Positions 1 to 9,883 of a stretch of 64,000 nucleotides of DNA are shown here, in pieces. The notes under the pieces were generated by a model. It saw nothing but the letters and a program-made list of their open reading frames with translations, did no database searches and was not told the DNA's origin. Location: assembly GCA_031360505.1 (NCBI GenBank), contig JANMBR010000107.1, forward strand, positions 608 to 64,607, read 5' to 3'. The position numbers and the translations under genes are program-made. Numbering within the stretch: the stretch's first letter is position 1; each line of letters opens with the position of its first letter. The stretch comes from Acidobacteriota bacterium. GTDB taxonomy: Bacteria > Acidobacteriota > Thermoanaerobaculia > UBA5066 > Gp7-AA6.

Positions 1-599
1 TAATCGCCGCCGACGAGCTCGGCCGGAGTGGTGAACCCCGCAACCTCGATCTCCCCGCGGCGCAGCGCGCGCTTGGGCAGGATCGACATCTGGATTCGCC
101 GCGCCTCCTGCAGCGCCGAGACGTAGCGGTCCTGCCGCAGCTTCTGGTCGACCGCCAGGCGCAGGATGCCGAGCGAGGCGACGAGGTCGTCCTCGGGCGC
201 GGCCGGATCCACGGAGAACGCGATGATGTACTCGTCGTCGCCCACGGCGATCGCGGCGAAACGCTCCGCGCCGAGGCGGCGTTCGAGGTCCGGGTCCACT
301 CCCGGCGCGCTCAGGTCCATCACCACGACCCCCTCGTCCACGACGCGCTCGACCGGTGGATAGTCCTCGGGGATGAAGATCCCGGGCGCTATCGCGGGGA
401 CGTTGCCGAACGTCCGGGTCAGCTCGTAGCCCCCGTCACGGCGCACGTAGAGGCGTCCGCCGCGCACGCCGAGGACCTCGGAAAACTGCTCGATGACGGC
501 CGAGGCGGTCTGCGTGATCGTCGCAGACGGGTCCGCCGCCTGCTCGATCGCCTCGATCGCCTTCTCGACCTTGCGGAAGAGATATTTTCCGGTTGCCAT
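1..599 (-). CDS. GAF-domain / PP2C (SpoIIE/RsbU-family) serine phosphatase. Only the N-terminal ~200 aa is in the window; the C-terminus runs off the left edge.
   Basis: Translated by hand from the minus strand; this edge ORF is absent from the ORF track. ATG at ~597-599. The N-terminal region looks GAF-like, then '...LQEARRIQMSILPK...' and a window-edge '...VGGD(Y)' that matches the GGDYYD start of PP2C/SpoIIE domains. Confidence 0.65.
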   Translation of the reverse strand, partial: MATGKYLFRKVEKAIEAIEQAADPSATITQTASAVIEQFSEVLGVRGGRLYVRRDGGYELTRTFGNVPAIAPGIFIPEDYPPVERVVDEGVVVMDLSAPGVDPDLERRLGAERFAAIAVGDDEYIIAFSVDPAAPEDDLVASLGILRLAVDQKLRQDRYVSALQEARRIQMSILPKRALRRGEIEVAGFTTPAELVGGD

Positions 600-612
600 G
601 CGCGCCGGGATT

Positions 613-1248
613 CTACCGTGAGGTCGGCCGCGTCCTCCTGCGGACGGGTTTCTGCCATTTGAGGCGGCCGATCCCTTCGTGACGCTCGTTGAGCAGGCCG
701 AGCGTCAGCTCGAGCTCGGCGCGGCCCTCCTCGGGCTTCACCGTCCCGCGCGAGGCGCCAACCCGTTTGGCCCATCGCTCCCAGAGCTCGAGGACGCGGG
801 AATGCCGGCCGCTCTCGGTATGTACCTGCGCACCGCGGACGAGCAGCCGGATCTCGAGCTCGCGCGCGGGCTCTCCGGAAGCGGCGACCTCGCCCTCCTT
901 GCGCACCCGCGTCAGCAACGCCCGCGCATCCTCGGGGAGGCCGTCGACCTGCCAGGCCTCTCCCGACAGCGCGACGGCGAGCAATGCCGGCCAGAGGCGA
1001 CGATGCACCCACGTCGCCTTTCCCGACACGAGCTTGGCCAGGAGCACGTCGGGGTGGCCGAAGAGCGCCTCGCCCGCGGCGAAGATGGTGTGTCCGAGCG
1101 GATGGCCCCACCAGGAACCCTGGATGGGGCCTCCGGCGACCAGGGCGACGAGGCTCGGGAGCTTCGGATCGGTCTCGAGCATGAGGCCATCGCGCTCGAG
1201 CTCGCGAAGAGCCCGGGCCACGTACCGTTCGATGACGGGCGGTGCCAT
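613..1248 (-). CDS. hypothetical protein
   Basis: 211-aa ORF in tandem with the flanking minus-strand genes, 14 bp upstream of the phosphatase start. No recognisable motifs. Confidence 0.45.
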   Translation of the reverse strand: MAPPVIERYVARALRELERDGLMLETDPKLPSLVALVAGGPIQGSWWGHPLGHTIFAAGEALFGHPDVLLAKLVSGKATWVHRRLWPALLAVALSGEAWQVDGLPEDARALLTRVRKEGEVAASGEPARELEIRLLVRGAQVHTESGRHSRVLELWERWAKRVGASRGTVKPEEGRAELELTLGLLNERHEGIGRLKWQKPVRRRTRPTSR

Positions 1249-1314
1249 GCGTGGAGCCTAGCAGGCCGCTGAAAAGAGGATGCGGGCGTCGTGTCCGGGG
1301 CTCGGCCGTCCGGA

Positions 1315-2037
1315 CTAGGCGGTGGCGGGAGCGCTCGCGTGCAGCTTCGACGTGGTCCGCTCGTTGGGCTGGTCGTCGCGGACCTTGCCGTCCTTCAAGC
1401 GCACGATGCGTCGCGCGTGGGCGGCGATGTCCTCCTCGTGCGTGACGAGGATGATCGTATTGCCCTTGCCGTTCAACTCGGCGAAGAGGGCCATGATCTC
1501 GGCGCCGGTCTGCGAGTCGAGGTTACCGGTGGGCTCGTCGGCCAGCAGGATGCTCGGATCGTTGATGAGCGCCCTCGCGACGGCGACGCGCTGGCGCTGT
1601 CCGCCAGACAGCTCGTTCGGTGTGTGGTTCATGCGGTCGGACAGGCCGACGGCCTTGAGCGCCCTGACGGCGCGCTCACGGCGGTCCTTTCGCGAGACCC
1701 CCCCGTAGACGAGCGGCAGCTCGACCTGCTGCAGGGCCGAAGTCCTCGGCAGCAGATTGAAGGTCTGGAACACGAATCCAATCTCCTGGTTGCGGATCGC
1801 GGCCAGCTCATCGTCGGTCATCCGGGCGACTTCCTTGCCGTTCAGGACGTAGGAGCCCGAGCTCGGCGTGTCGAGGCAGCCAATGAGGTTCATCAGGGTC
1901 GACTTGCCCGAGCCGGACGGCCCCATGATCGCCACGTATTCGCCGCGCTCGACGCCGACCGTGACGCCGGAGAGGGCGTGGACTTTCTCCTCGCCCATCT
2001 CGTAGACCTTGGTGATGTCCCGGATGTCGATCAGCAT
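1315..2037 (-). CDS. ABC transporter ATP-binding protein (MacB/LolD/FtsE-like ATPase)
   Basis: Walker A 'GPSGSGKST', ABC signature 'LSGGQRQR' and Walker B '[12 protein letters not shown]'. The N-terminus '[18 protein letters not shown]' is typical of the MacB/LolD class. Confidence 0.9.
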   Translation of the reverse strand: MLIDIRDITKVYEMGEEKVHALSGVTVGVERGEYVAIMGPSGSGKSTLMNLIGCLDTPSSGSYVLNGKEVARMTDDELAAIRNQEIGFVFQTFNLLPRTSALQQVELPLVYGGVSRKDRRERAVRALKAVGLSDRMNHTPNELSGGQRQRVAVARALINDPSILLADEPTGNLDSQTGAEIMALFAELNGKGNTIILVTHEEDIAAHARRIVRLKDGKVRDDQPNERTTSKLHASAPATA

Positions 2038-2108
2038 TGGTCAGGGCTCTCCCTGGGGGATAGTACGATTTTCAGTCGCCCGTGTTTCGGTCCCTCCGGG
2101 CCTGCGCC

Positions 2109-2840
2109 TCAGGAGAAGATCGCCGTAACCCCTAGTTTTCCGAGCACGTAGACTCCCCAGAGGCCAAAAACGAGGCCGGCCATCCGTCCCCGGGGCGCCT
2201 TCGTCGCGGCCGAAAGGCCGAGAACGAGCAACCCCATCGTCCAGAAGGACATCAGGTCGAGCGACGAAAGCAGCGAGTGCAGCAGCTTCGCGCCCTTGGC
2301 GGTGACCAGGACTCCGGGGTTGGTTGGCAGCAGATCGCCCACCGTCTGGGGATCGATCGAATCCCGGTTCCAGAGCATCGCGAGCAGGCCCACCGACAGA
2401 ACGATGGACGGCAGAAAGGCATGGATCGTCACCCCGTAGGACTGCCGGAACTTGAGCTCCCATCCGAAGGCCTGGCAGGCCATCCAGTACACGCCCGCGA
2501 CGATCACCGAAAGCAGCGCCGGGATCACGGCGGGAAAAATCTCGAAGATCCAGGAGATCTTCTGCGACTGCTCGACGGCCTGCTCGACCTGTGCATCGGT
2601 CATCGTCTGGCCGCGCTGCTCGGCGCCGTCGCGAATGGTCTTGCGCAGATCCATCCGTGACACGACGAGCTGCCCGACCAGAAAGGACAGCGCCGTCCAG
2701 AGCAGCAGCGGCAGGAGGAACGTTGGGCTTCGCGCGATCGCGCCGAACGTGCGCACCGGCGAGACGAAGACCCCGACGAGCCGCCCAAAGGCGGAGTCAG
2801 GGCCCGGGGGCGCGGCCGCGGACTCTGGCGCCGCTAACAC
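2109..2840 (-). CDS. Yip1-family integral membrane protein
   Basis: Multi-pass hydrophobic protein with Yip1-like topology. Its start overlaps the stop of the TolC-like gene. Confidence 0.6.
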   Translation of the reverse strand: MLAAPESAAAPPGPDSAFGRLVGVFVSPVRTFGAIARSPTFLLPLLLWTALSFLVGQLVVSRMDLRKTIRDGAEQRGQTMTDAQVEQAVEQSQKISWIFEIFPAVIPALLSVIVAGVYWMACQAFGWELKFRQSYGVTIHAFLPSIVLSVGLLAMLWNRDSIDPQTVGDLLPTNPGVLVTAKGAKLLHSLLSSLDLMSFWTMGLLVLGLSAATKAPRGRMAGLVFGLWGVYVLGKLGVTAIFS

Positions 2841-4516
2841 TAGGGGGCCGCGGTCGAGGCCTGAATCGCCGTGCGAACGAGGTCGGCGCGCGTGTCCATG
2901 GACGGGGGCGCCATTTCGGGAATGCCCTCGATCTTGACGCCTTTCCAGTCGAGAATGTCGGCGATCGAGTTGTGGTACGCCGCCACGGCCTTGCGGTAGA
3001 TGACGAGGGCGTTGAGCTCGCGCGAGCGGGCGTCGGAAAGGTTCGTCTGCAGCTGCGAGACCTCGAAGCTGGTCGTCATGCCGTTCTCATACTTCCTGCG
3101 GGCGGCATCGAGGTTTCGTTCGGCCAGCTCGCGCCCCTTTCCGGCGGCCACGATCTGCTTCTCGGAGGTTTCAATCGCGCGGTGCGCGTTGCGCACGTCC
3201 ACGATGATGTTCTGCTCGATGACCGTCAGCTGCGCTTTCGACGTCTCGAGGGTGTATCTGGCGACGCCCTCGTTGCCTTTCGCCGCGCGGTTCAGGATCG
3301 GGTACGAGAACACCAGGCCGACTTTCCAGTTGTTGAAGTCTCTCGCAAACGTCGTGTCGACGGCGCCGCCCAAACCGGGGTTCAAGATGGTTCCATCCGG
3401 CAATACCGTCGCTCCCCCGCTGTTTCCGTAACTCGCCTGAAGATTCAGCTGCGGGAGGACCTGGTTCTTGTAGTACGCGTAGCGGATCTGGCCGGAGGCC
3501 ACTCTGTACTGCTGAGAGAGGATTTCCGGGCGCCGGGCCAGGGCGGTCTTCACCCCGTCCTCGAGGTTGAACTTCTGCTCCTCGACGCGCACGGGGTCGG
3601 TCGGGAGGATCGGCGCCGCGTTCCACGCCGTCGGATCGAAGTTGAGCTGCCGCTTGAGCTGGTCCTGCGCGAGGCCGATCGTGCCCTCGGCGTTGATGAT
3701 GTCCTGGTCTGCCGTGGCGATGTTGACTTCCGTCTGGACGACGTCGATGGGCGCCAGCGAGCCGACATCGATCTTGATCTTCGTGATGCGGTTCAACTCG
3801 ATCGCAATCGCTTTGGCCTCGAGCTTGACCTTGAGGTTATCGTAGGCGAACGCGAGATCCCAATACGCCTGCTCCGTCGCGTTGACCGTGGCCTGGACAC
3901 TGCGCACGAAATCCTGGTAGGCCGAGTCCCGCGTGTTGCGCGCCGTCTCGATGAGCCAGTTCGTCGGCAGCGTGCCGAAGCTCCGCAGCAGCGGCTGATT
4001 GACCGATGCGGTCAATCCCGACGTGAACGACGGGTTCACATCGTAAAAGGTCGAGTTCGTCTTGGTCCGGTTACCGGCAAAACCCAGGGTGAACGTGCCG
4101 CCCCAGGGGATCAGCTGGGACACCTGAGCGCCCGCGTCCGAGGTGTCGATTTTCAGAACCGACGCGCCGGACAGCCGTGAGGCTGACGGTTGCTCGTTGT
4201 GCGCCCGCGTGCCGAAAGCCTGGAGCAGCGGGTCGTAGATGCCGTAGTTCGAGAAAAGAAAGAACTGGGAGGCCTCCGCCGCGTTGACGGTGACGTTCAA
4301 GTCCTGGTTGTTCGCCAGGGCGTAGCCGACCGCCTGGTCCAGCGTCAGAGGGATTCCGTCCTTGCCCGCCGGCGGCAGCTGTCGAGGGCTGCGCTGTCCC
4401 GGCACGGCCGAGACGACCGGGGCCGGTTGCGCCACCAGGGCGCCAGCCAAGATCAGGAGCAGGCCCGCCCAAGACAAGATCGCGCGGCCGCCCCGGAGAA
4501 TACCCAAACTCTTCAT
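2840..4516 (-). CDS. TolC-family outer membrane efflux protein
   Basis: Signal peptide, 'LTLDQAVGYALANNQDL' OEP-repeat start and coiled-coil-rich OEP repeats throughout 558 aa. Confidence 0.85.
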   Translation of the reverse strand: MKSLGILRGGRAILSWAGLLLILAGALVAQPAPVVSAVPGQRSPRQLPPAGKDGIPLTLDQAVGYALANNQDLNVTVNAAEASQFFLFSNYGIYDPLLQAFGTRAHNEQPSASRLSGASVLKIDTSDAGAQVSQLIPWGGTFTLGFAGNRTKTNSTFYDVNPSFTSGLTASVNQPLLRSFGTLPTNWLIETARNTRDSAYQDFVRSVQATVNATEQAYWDLAFAYDNLKVKLEAKAIAIELNRITKIKIDVGSLAPIDVVQTEVNIATADQDIINAEGTIGLAQDQLKRQLNFDPTAWNAAPILPTDPVRVEEQKFNLEDGVKTALARRPEILSQQYRVASGQIRYAYYKNQVLPQLNLQASYGNSGGATVLPDGTILNPGLGGAVDTTFARDFNNWKVGLVFSYPILNRAAKGNEGVARYTLETSKAQLTVIEQNIIVDVRNAHRAIETSEKQIVAAGKGRELAERNLDAARRKYENGMTTSFEVSQLQTNLSDARSRELNALVIYRKAVAAYHNSIADILDWKGVKIEGIPEMAPPSMDTRADLVRTAIQASTAAP

Positions 4517-4584
4517 TCCATGACTCCTTTGTCAACCCACTCTACGCAACGGGGAGGGGGAAAGTTTCGGAATGGCCCTTCATA

Positions 4585-5709
4585 TCACCCCATTTCGCCC
4601 GGATAAAAGCAAGCGACCCGGTGGCCGGTTGCCGCCTCCGAAAGGGCCGGGGCCTCCTGGCTGCAGCGTGGACGCGCGATCGGGCAGCGCGGATGGAAAT
4701 GGCACCCCTCCGGGGGATTCACGGCCGAGGGCAGCTCTGCCGGCAGAGCGGCCGCCCGCGGCGGGGTCGAGGGATCCGGGCCGCCCGCGGCAGCGACGAG
4801 CGCGCACGTGTAAGGGTGAAGCGGCCGCGCGATGATCTCCTGCGCTGTGCCCTCTTCGACGATCGCGCCGAGATAGAAGACGGCGATGCGGTCCGAAACC
4901 CGGGACACAACGGCGAGGTCGTGCGAGATAAACAGGTAGGACAGCCCCGCCCGCTCGCGCAGATCGAGCAGCAGGTTGACGACCTGGGCCCCGACCGAAA
5001 CGTCGAGCGCCGAGACGGGCTCATCGCAGACGACCAGAAGCGGCCGTGTTGCAAGTGCACGCGCGATCGCGACACGCTGGCGCTGTCCACCCGAGAGCTC
5101 CGACGGGAATCGAAAGGCCGTCTCGGCGCCGAGACCCACGTCGGCAAGCAATTCCCGGACCCGTTCGGCGAGGGCTCGTCCCCGCGCCAGCCTCTGGACG
5201 CGCAGCGGTTCGGCGATCTGGTCTCCAGCCCGCATGCGAGGGTTCAACGAGTTCTGCGGATCCTGAAAGACCACCTGGAGCTCGCGCCGGCGCTTGCGCA
5301 GAGCGGAACCGGAAAGCGAGAGCCAGTCGGTTCCGTCGAACTCGATGCTGCCCGCGTCCGGCGGGACGAGGCGTGCAACGATTCGCCCCGCGGTGGTCTT
5401 TCCGCTCCCGGATTCGCCGACGAGCCCGAGCGTCTGGCCGGGAGCGATCTCGAAGCCGACCCCGCGCAACGCGGGCAACACCTGCCCCCCCGATCCGGAG
5501 AAACCGCGCGCGAGCGAGTACCGCTTCGTGAGCCCTTGCGCCCTCAGCAGCGCCCGCACGGCGGCTATCGCCGGGATCACGCGCCGCTCCCCGCGACCGG
5601 GCGGGAGAGAAAGCAGCTCGACTGCCCCTCGTCGCCGACGGGGTACAGGGGCGGCACGCTTGCGTCGCACGGAGCGAACCGATCCGGACAGCGCGGCGAA
5701 AACGCGCAC
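4585..5709 (-). CDS. oligopeptide/dipeptide ABC transporter ATP-binding protein (DppF/OppF-like). The true start is probably near 5580.
   Basis: 'LRAQGLTKRY', Walker A 'GESGSGKTT', 'LSGGQRQR' and a C-terminal oligopeptide-ABC extension 'HPYTCALV...CHFHPRCP'. The ORF's 5' extension overlaps the upstream ATPase. Confidence 0.85.
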   Translation of the reverse strand: MRVFAALSGSVRSVRRKRAAPVPRRRRGAVELLSLPPGRGERRVIPAIAAVRALLRAQGLTKRYSLARGFSGSGGQVLPALRGVGFEIAPGQTLGLVGESGSGKTTAGRIVARLVPPDAGSIEFDGTDWLSLSGSALRKRRRELQVVFQDPQNSLNPRMRAGDQIAEPLRVQRLARGRALAERVRELLADVGLGAETAFRFPSELSGGQRQRVAIARALATRPLLVVCDEPVSALDVSVGAQVVNLLLDLRERAGLSYLFISHDLAVVSRVSDRIAVFYLGAIVEEGTAQEIIARPLHPYTCALVAAAGGPDPSTPPRAAALPAELPSAVNPPEGCHFHPRCPIARPRCSQEAPALSEAATGHRVACFYPGEMG

Positions 5710-6602
5710 CCGCCAGATCGCCGCGCCGAAAGGTCCTCAAGAGCTCCGGCGATCGCCTCGTAGCGCTCGCCCCGAAGCCGCCCGGGCGCAAGCACCGGAA
5801 CCGAACGCAGGAGACCTCGCGTGTAAGGATGGGCCGGGGACCGAAGCCGCTCTGCTGTGCTGCCCTCTTCCACGACGCGGCCCGCATAGAGCACGAGGAG
5901 GCGGTCGCAGTGCCTGGCCACGACTCGAAGGTCGTGCGTGATCAGCAGGACCGCGAGGTCGCGCTCGCGCCGCAGCCGGTCGAGCAGCTCGAGGATCTGG
6001 ACCGCCACGGTGGAGTCGAGCGACGCCGTCGGCTCGTCGGCGAGGAGCACCTTTGGCCTCGCCGCGAGTGCGATCGCGAGGCAGGCGCGCTGGCGCAATC
6101 CTCCCGATAGCCGGTGCGGATACTCGCCGAACACCCGCCCGGGCTCCGGCAACGCCACCTCGGCCAGCACGTCCAGGGCCCGGCGCCGCGCTGCGGCGCG
6201 GGAGACCGGTTCGTGGAGGAGGATCGCCTCGACGACCTGCGCTCCGATCGTCTGCACGGGATCGAGTGCGGCCGCCGGCTCCTGGAACACCAACCCGATC
6301 TCTCGTCCCCGAACCTCGCGCCATTCGCGGTCCGATAACGTGGAGAGGTCGCGCCCCGCGCAAAGGACCCTCCCGGTCACGCGCGCGCCTTCCGGGGAAA
6401 GGCCCAGGATGGCACGCACGAGCTGGGTCTTCCCGCTGCCGCTCTCACCCACGACGGCCAGCGCCCGCCCCGCCCCGAGCGCAAACGACACGCCGTCGAC
6501 TGCGGGGCGCAGGACGCCGTTCACGGGCAACTCGACGCGCAGATCCTCCACCGAAAGAAGCGGCGCCGGTGTTTTCGCGAGGAGCGGGAAGGATGTCACC
6601 AC
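5577..6602 (-). CDS. oligopeptide/dipeptide ABC transporter ATP-binding protein (DppD/OppD-like)
   Basis: 'LSVEDLRVEL', Walker A 'GESGSGKT', 'LSGGLRQR' and a C-terminal 'HPYTRGLL...CAFSPRCP' domain. Confidence 0.85.
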   Translation of the reverse strand: MVTSFPLLAKTPAPLLSVEDLRVELPVNGVLRPAVDGVSFALGAGRALAVVGESGSGKTQLVRAILGLSPEGARVTGRVLCAGRDLSTLSDREWREVRGREIGLVFQEPAAALDPVQTIGAQVVEAILLHEPVSRAAARRRALDVLAEVALPEPGRVFGEYPHRLSGGLRQRACLAIALAARPKVLLADEPTASLDSTVAVQILELLDRLRRERDLAVLLITHDLRVVARHCDRLLVLYAGRVVEEGSTAERLRSPAHPYTRGLLRSVPVLAPGRLRGERYEAIAGALEDLSARRSGGCAFSPRCPDRFAPCDASVPPLYPVGDEGQSSCFLSRPVAGSGA

Positions 6603-6640
6603 GGACTACAGACCACAGACTACAGACTACAGACTTCTTC
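6603..6640. repeat. heptanucleotide tandem repeat (ACTACAG/ACCACAG x ~4.5) immediately 5' of the dppD-like start codon
   Basis: The plus strand reads 'ggACTACAGACCACAGACTACAGACTACAGACTt', lying between the TPR-gene stop and the GTG start of the DppD-like gene. Confidence 0.7.
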
Positions 6641-6642
6641 TC

Positions 6643-9159
6643 TCAAAGGTTCTTCCGGACCTCGTCGAGCTCCCTCACGCGCCGCACGACGTCGCGGTAG
6701 TTCGCATTCAGCCCGTAGACCTCCTGGAACGTCCGGTAGGCCGAGTCAGTGTCTCCCGTGTCCTGGTAGACCTGGGCGAGGTCGTAGAGCATGCCGGCCG
6801 TGGCCATCTCCACGATGCCCGGCGACTCGAGCCCCTTGCGGAACCAGTTGATCGCCAGCTGCGGCATCCCCTTCTCGAGGAAGCAGTGCCCGAGCATGCT
6901 GCAACACTCGACCAGGCGGGCCGGATCCTTGCTGGCGAGCTGGAACTCTCCAATCGCCTCGTCGATCAGTCCCATCTCCTTGTAGGCAATGCCCAGGTTG
7001 TAGTGCGTCTCGTAGTCCTCGGCGGAGAGCTGCTGCTCGACGCCCTTCTTGAACTCGCGGAAGATCTCTTCGAGTGAGACTTCGCCCTGTGGCGTGGAGA
7101 TTTCGGATGACTCCTCGGCGCAAGGCTCGTCGCCGAGGTCCTTCTCCAGCTCTTCGGCGAGGTTGAAGAACTTCTGCTCGTCGGAAAAGAGATTCTCATC
7201 GTCGACGGCCGGGACATCTGTCGATGCCGGAGCCTCGCTCTCTCCGGCCCGATGCATCTCGTCCACGAGCAGGTTGCCGAGCTGCTCGAACGAAACGAAC
7301 TCGGTGTCGGCGGCCGCCAGTGGCGGCGGCGTCGAAAGCTTCTCCATGACGAGCGGCGGCCCGGGCTCGCCCCCGACGAACTCGATGCCGTCATCGGGAA
7401 ACGCCGCCTCCGCAGGCGCAATCTCGGCCGGAGGCGCCGCCGGGCGGACAACATCGAACTCCTCGAATTCCACTTCGAGGCCGGGTGCCGGAAGCGGCGC
7501 GGGCGCGACAGGATGCCCGAGCTCCGGCTCCGCGCTGTCTTGCCCTGCTCGCGCCAGGATGCGGCTGGCATCGGCGGGCCGCCCGGCATCGTTGTAAGCG
7601 GCAGCCAGAGCTTCGGCCTCCCGGGAAAGTCCCGGGTTCCTCGTCTCTGCAAGCAGCTCGACGAGCCGCTCGCGCGCCTTCAGCAGGTCGGGCCGCCGCC
7701 GCACCAGGGAGAAGAGCCGTTCGATCGCCTTGTCGGCGAGGCCGTACCGGGCAAACACCTCGGCCTCCACGATCAATGTCTCGACCTGCTGTTCCTCGCC
7801 GGCTGCCGCGGGCGATTCCTCGACCGCCGCGGACGGCGAGACCGACGCCCCGGCATGCTCGTCCGCCGCCTTCTCGTCGTATTCGATCGAGGCGACCCTG
7901 GGTTGGGGCGCGTGGACGGAAGCCGACTCCTCCAGATCGATGATGAGTTCCTGGTACTCCGGCGCCTCGTCCGAGGGGGAGGCGGCCTTGAGCGCCGCCT
8001 CCGTCGGTATTCCGATGCTCTGGACGTGCGTCGCCGCCTCGCTGTTGGACGGGTCGGCCTCCTGGGCGCGCCGGTAATGCTCCAGAGCGACCGCCGGGTT
8101 CTGCTGACGTTCGGCCACCTGGCCGAGGCAGACGTGGACCTTCGCCAGCGCCGCCCGATTGCCCTCGGCCTCCAACACCTGCGCCAACTTCTCGAGGGCC
8201 CCGACGTGCCCGGGGTCGGCGGCGAGGATGGGTTCGAGGTAGTCCGCGGCCTTGCCGAACTCTCGCCGGGCCACAGCGGTCAGCACGAGCGGAGCCACCG
8301 CCGCCACAGCCTTGTCGAGGGCCATCTCCTGCACGCGGAGCCGGCAGAGGAACAACCGCGGGGTCTCGGCGTCCGCATCGAGGGCGAGCGCCTGCTCCGC
8401 GGTCCGCACGGCCTCGGCGCGTTCGCCCATCTCGAGCTGCGCTTCGGCCATCAGGCCGAGGCTCTCGCCGGTGCGGGGCGCCGCCTTGAGGACGGCCATC
8501 GCGGCCGTCGCGTTCTTCTGGGCGAGCAGCGAACGCACCAGGTTGCGCTGCGTCTCGACGTCGTCGGGCGAAAGCTCGAGCGCCTTCTGGAAGACCTGAG
8601 CCGCCTCGTCGTGCGCGCCGCGCTTCAACAGCATCGACCCGATCAGGCCGTACTGCATCACGGCCTGGTCCTTCTGATTGGCGGCCCGATAGACGTCCGC
8701 GAGCCGGACCTGGATTCGGAGATCGGCAGGATCGATCTGCGCCATCTTCTTGTAGACCGTGATCGCGTCGGCCAGCCGGTTGTTCTTCTGGTAGTGGTCG
8801 GCAAGAACCTGGTACTGGCTGCGTGCGTCCTGGACGAGGCCTTGCTTGTGGTACAGGTCGGCGAGTCGGTCGTAGACCTCGAGCCGGGCCGGGTCGATCT
8901 TGTTAATTTTCTTGTAGATCGCAATCGCCTTGAGGAAGAACCCGTCCTTCGAATAGAAGTCGGCGATCCGCTCGAAGTACGGGATCGACTCGCCGGGACG
9001 GTTCATCCGGACGTGGAGATCGCCGACCTTGTTCAGAGTCGGAATGTCCTTGGGGTTGTCGTCGAGGACGCGCAGGTATTCCTTCAGCGCCTGATCGAGC
9101 TTGCCCCGGGAGAGAAGCTTCTCGGCGGACTGAAGGACCTGTTCGCGGTTGACCGCCAT
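6643..9159 (-). CDS. TPR-repeat protein (838 aa) with a long acidic low-complexity central linker
   Basis: N- and C-terminal TPR-like repeats (e.g. 'AIAIYKKINKIDP', 'HYNLGIAYKEMGLIDEAIGEFQLA') flank a ~250-aa Ala/Glu/Pro-rich region. Confidence 0.85.
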   Translation of the reverse strand: MAVNREQVLQSAEKLLSRGKLDQALKEYLRVLDDNPKDIPTLNKVGDLHVRMNRPGESIPYFERIADFYSKDGFFLKAIAIYKKINKIDPARLEVYDRLADLYHKQGLVQDARSQYQVLADHYQKNNRLADAITVYKKMAQIDPADLRIQVRLADVYRAANQKDQAVMQYGLIGSMLLKRGAHDEAAQVFQKALELSPDDVETQRNLVRSLLAQKNATAAMAVLKAAPRTGESLGLMAEAQLEMGERAEAVRTAEQALALDADAETPRLFLCRLRVQEMALDKAVAAVAPLVLTAVARREFGKAADYLEPILAADPGHVGALEKLAQVLEAEGNRAALAKVHVCLGQVAERQQNPAVALEHYRRAQEADPSNSEAATHVQSIGIPTEAALKAASPSDEAPEYQELIIDLEESASVHAPQPRVASIEYDEKAADEHAGASVSPSAAVEESPAAAGEEQQVETLIVEAEVFARYGLADKAIERLFSLVRRRPDLLKARERLVELLAETRNPGLSREAEALAAAYNDAGRPADASRILARAGQDSAEPELGHPVAPAPLPAPGLEVEFEEFDVVRPAAPPAEIAPAEAAFPDDGIEFVGGEPGPPLVMEKLSTPPPLAAADTEFVSFEQLGNLLVDEMHRAGESEAPASTDVPAVDDENLFSDEQKFFNLAEELEKDLGDEPCAEESSEISTPQGEVSLEEIFREFKKGVEQQLSAEDYETHYNLGIAYKEMGLIDEAIGEFQLASKDPARLVECCSMLGHCFLEKGMPQLAINWFRKGLESPGIVEMATAGMLYDLAQVYQDTGDTDSAYRTFQEVYGLNANYRDVVRRVRELDEVRKNL

Positions 9160-9171
9160 TCGAGGACGATT

Positions 9172-9874
9172 CTAACCGCTCTGACCGCGACGGCGCTCCT
9201 GCCGCCCTCCGAAAGGCCCGGAACCCGCCTCGGGCGTCACCCCGCGGAAGGTCATCCGATGCTCGGGGCAAGGTCCGTAGAGCCGCAGCGCTTCCCAGTG
9301 CTCGGGGGTCCCGTAGCCCTTGTGCGACTCGAACCCGTAGACCGGATGGCGCCGTCCGAGCTCTCCGAGCAGCTGATCGCGGTGGACCTTCGCGACGATG
9401 GAACCTGCCGCGATCGACACCGAGAGCGCGTCGCCATGGATGACAGAGAGCTGGGGCACCCGGACCGCGGGAACGCGCACCGCATCCACGAGCAGCACGT
9501 CCGGCATCGGGTCGAGGCAAGAGACCGCCCGGCGCATGGCCTCCAGGCTCGCCCGCAGGATGTTCTCTGCATCGATCTGGCGAGCCTCCACGACGCCGAC
9601 GCCGACCGCCACCGCCCGACGCCGGATTTCACGATCGAGCCGGTCCCGTGAATCGGGATCGACGCGTTTGGAGTCGTCGAGACCGGGAAGCACGCAGCCC
9701 TCGGGAAGGATCACGGCGCCGGCAACGACCGGTCCCGCCAGCGAGCCGCGGCCCGCTTCGTCCACTCCGGCGATGTGCGTGAAGCCCCTCGCGGAGAGCT
9801 CCGACTCGAGGCGCGCCAGCTGGCGCAGACGACCCAGCTCGGCGAACAGGGCGGCGAGCGGGTCGGTCCTCACG
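9172..9874 (-). CDS. rnhB: ribonuclease HII
   Basis: Contains 'IAGVDEAGRGSLAGPVVAGAVIL' and 'DDSKRV' catalytic motifs. Start placed at an in-frame GTG (9872-9874) so the gene does not enter the repeat element; the ORF track extends it to 9936. Confidence 0.85.
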
Positions 9875-9883
9875 GAGCGGCGA

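Noticed and set aside
2591-4180. 529-aa plus-strand ORF
   Set aside because: Antisense to the TolC-like gene, with low-complexity Arg-rich composition.
7252-9651. 799-aa plus-strand ORF
   Set aside because: Antisense to the TPR-protein and rnhB genes, with no motifs.
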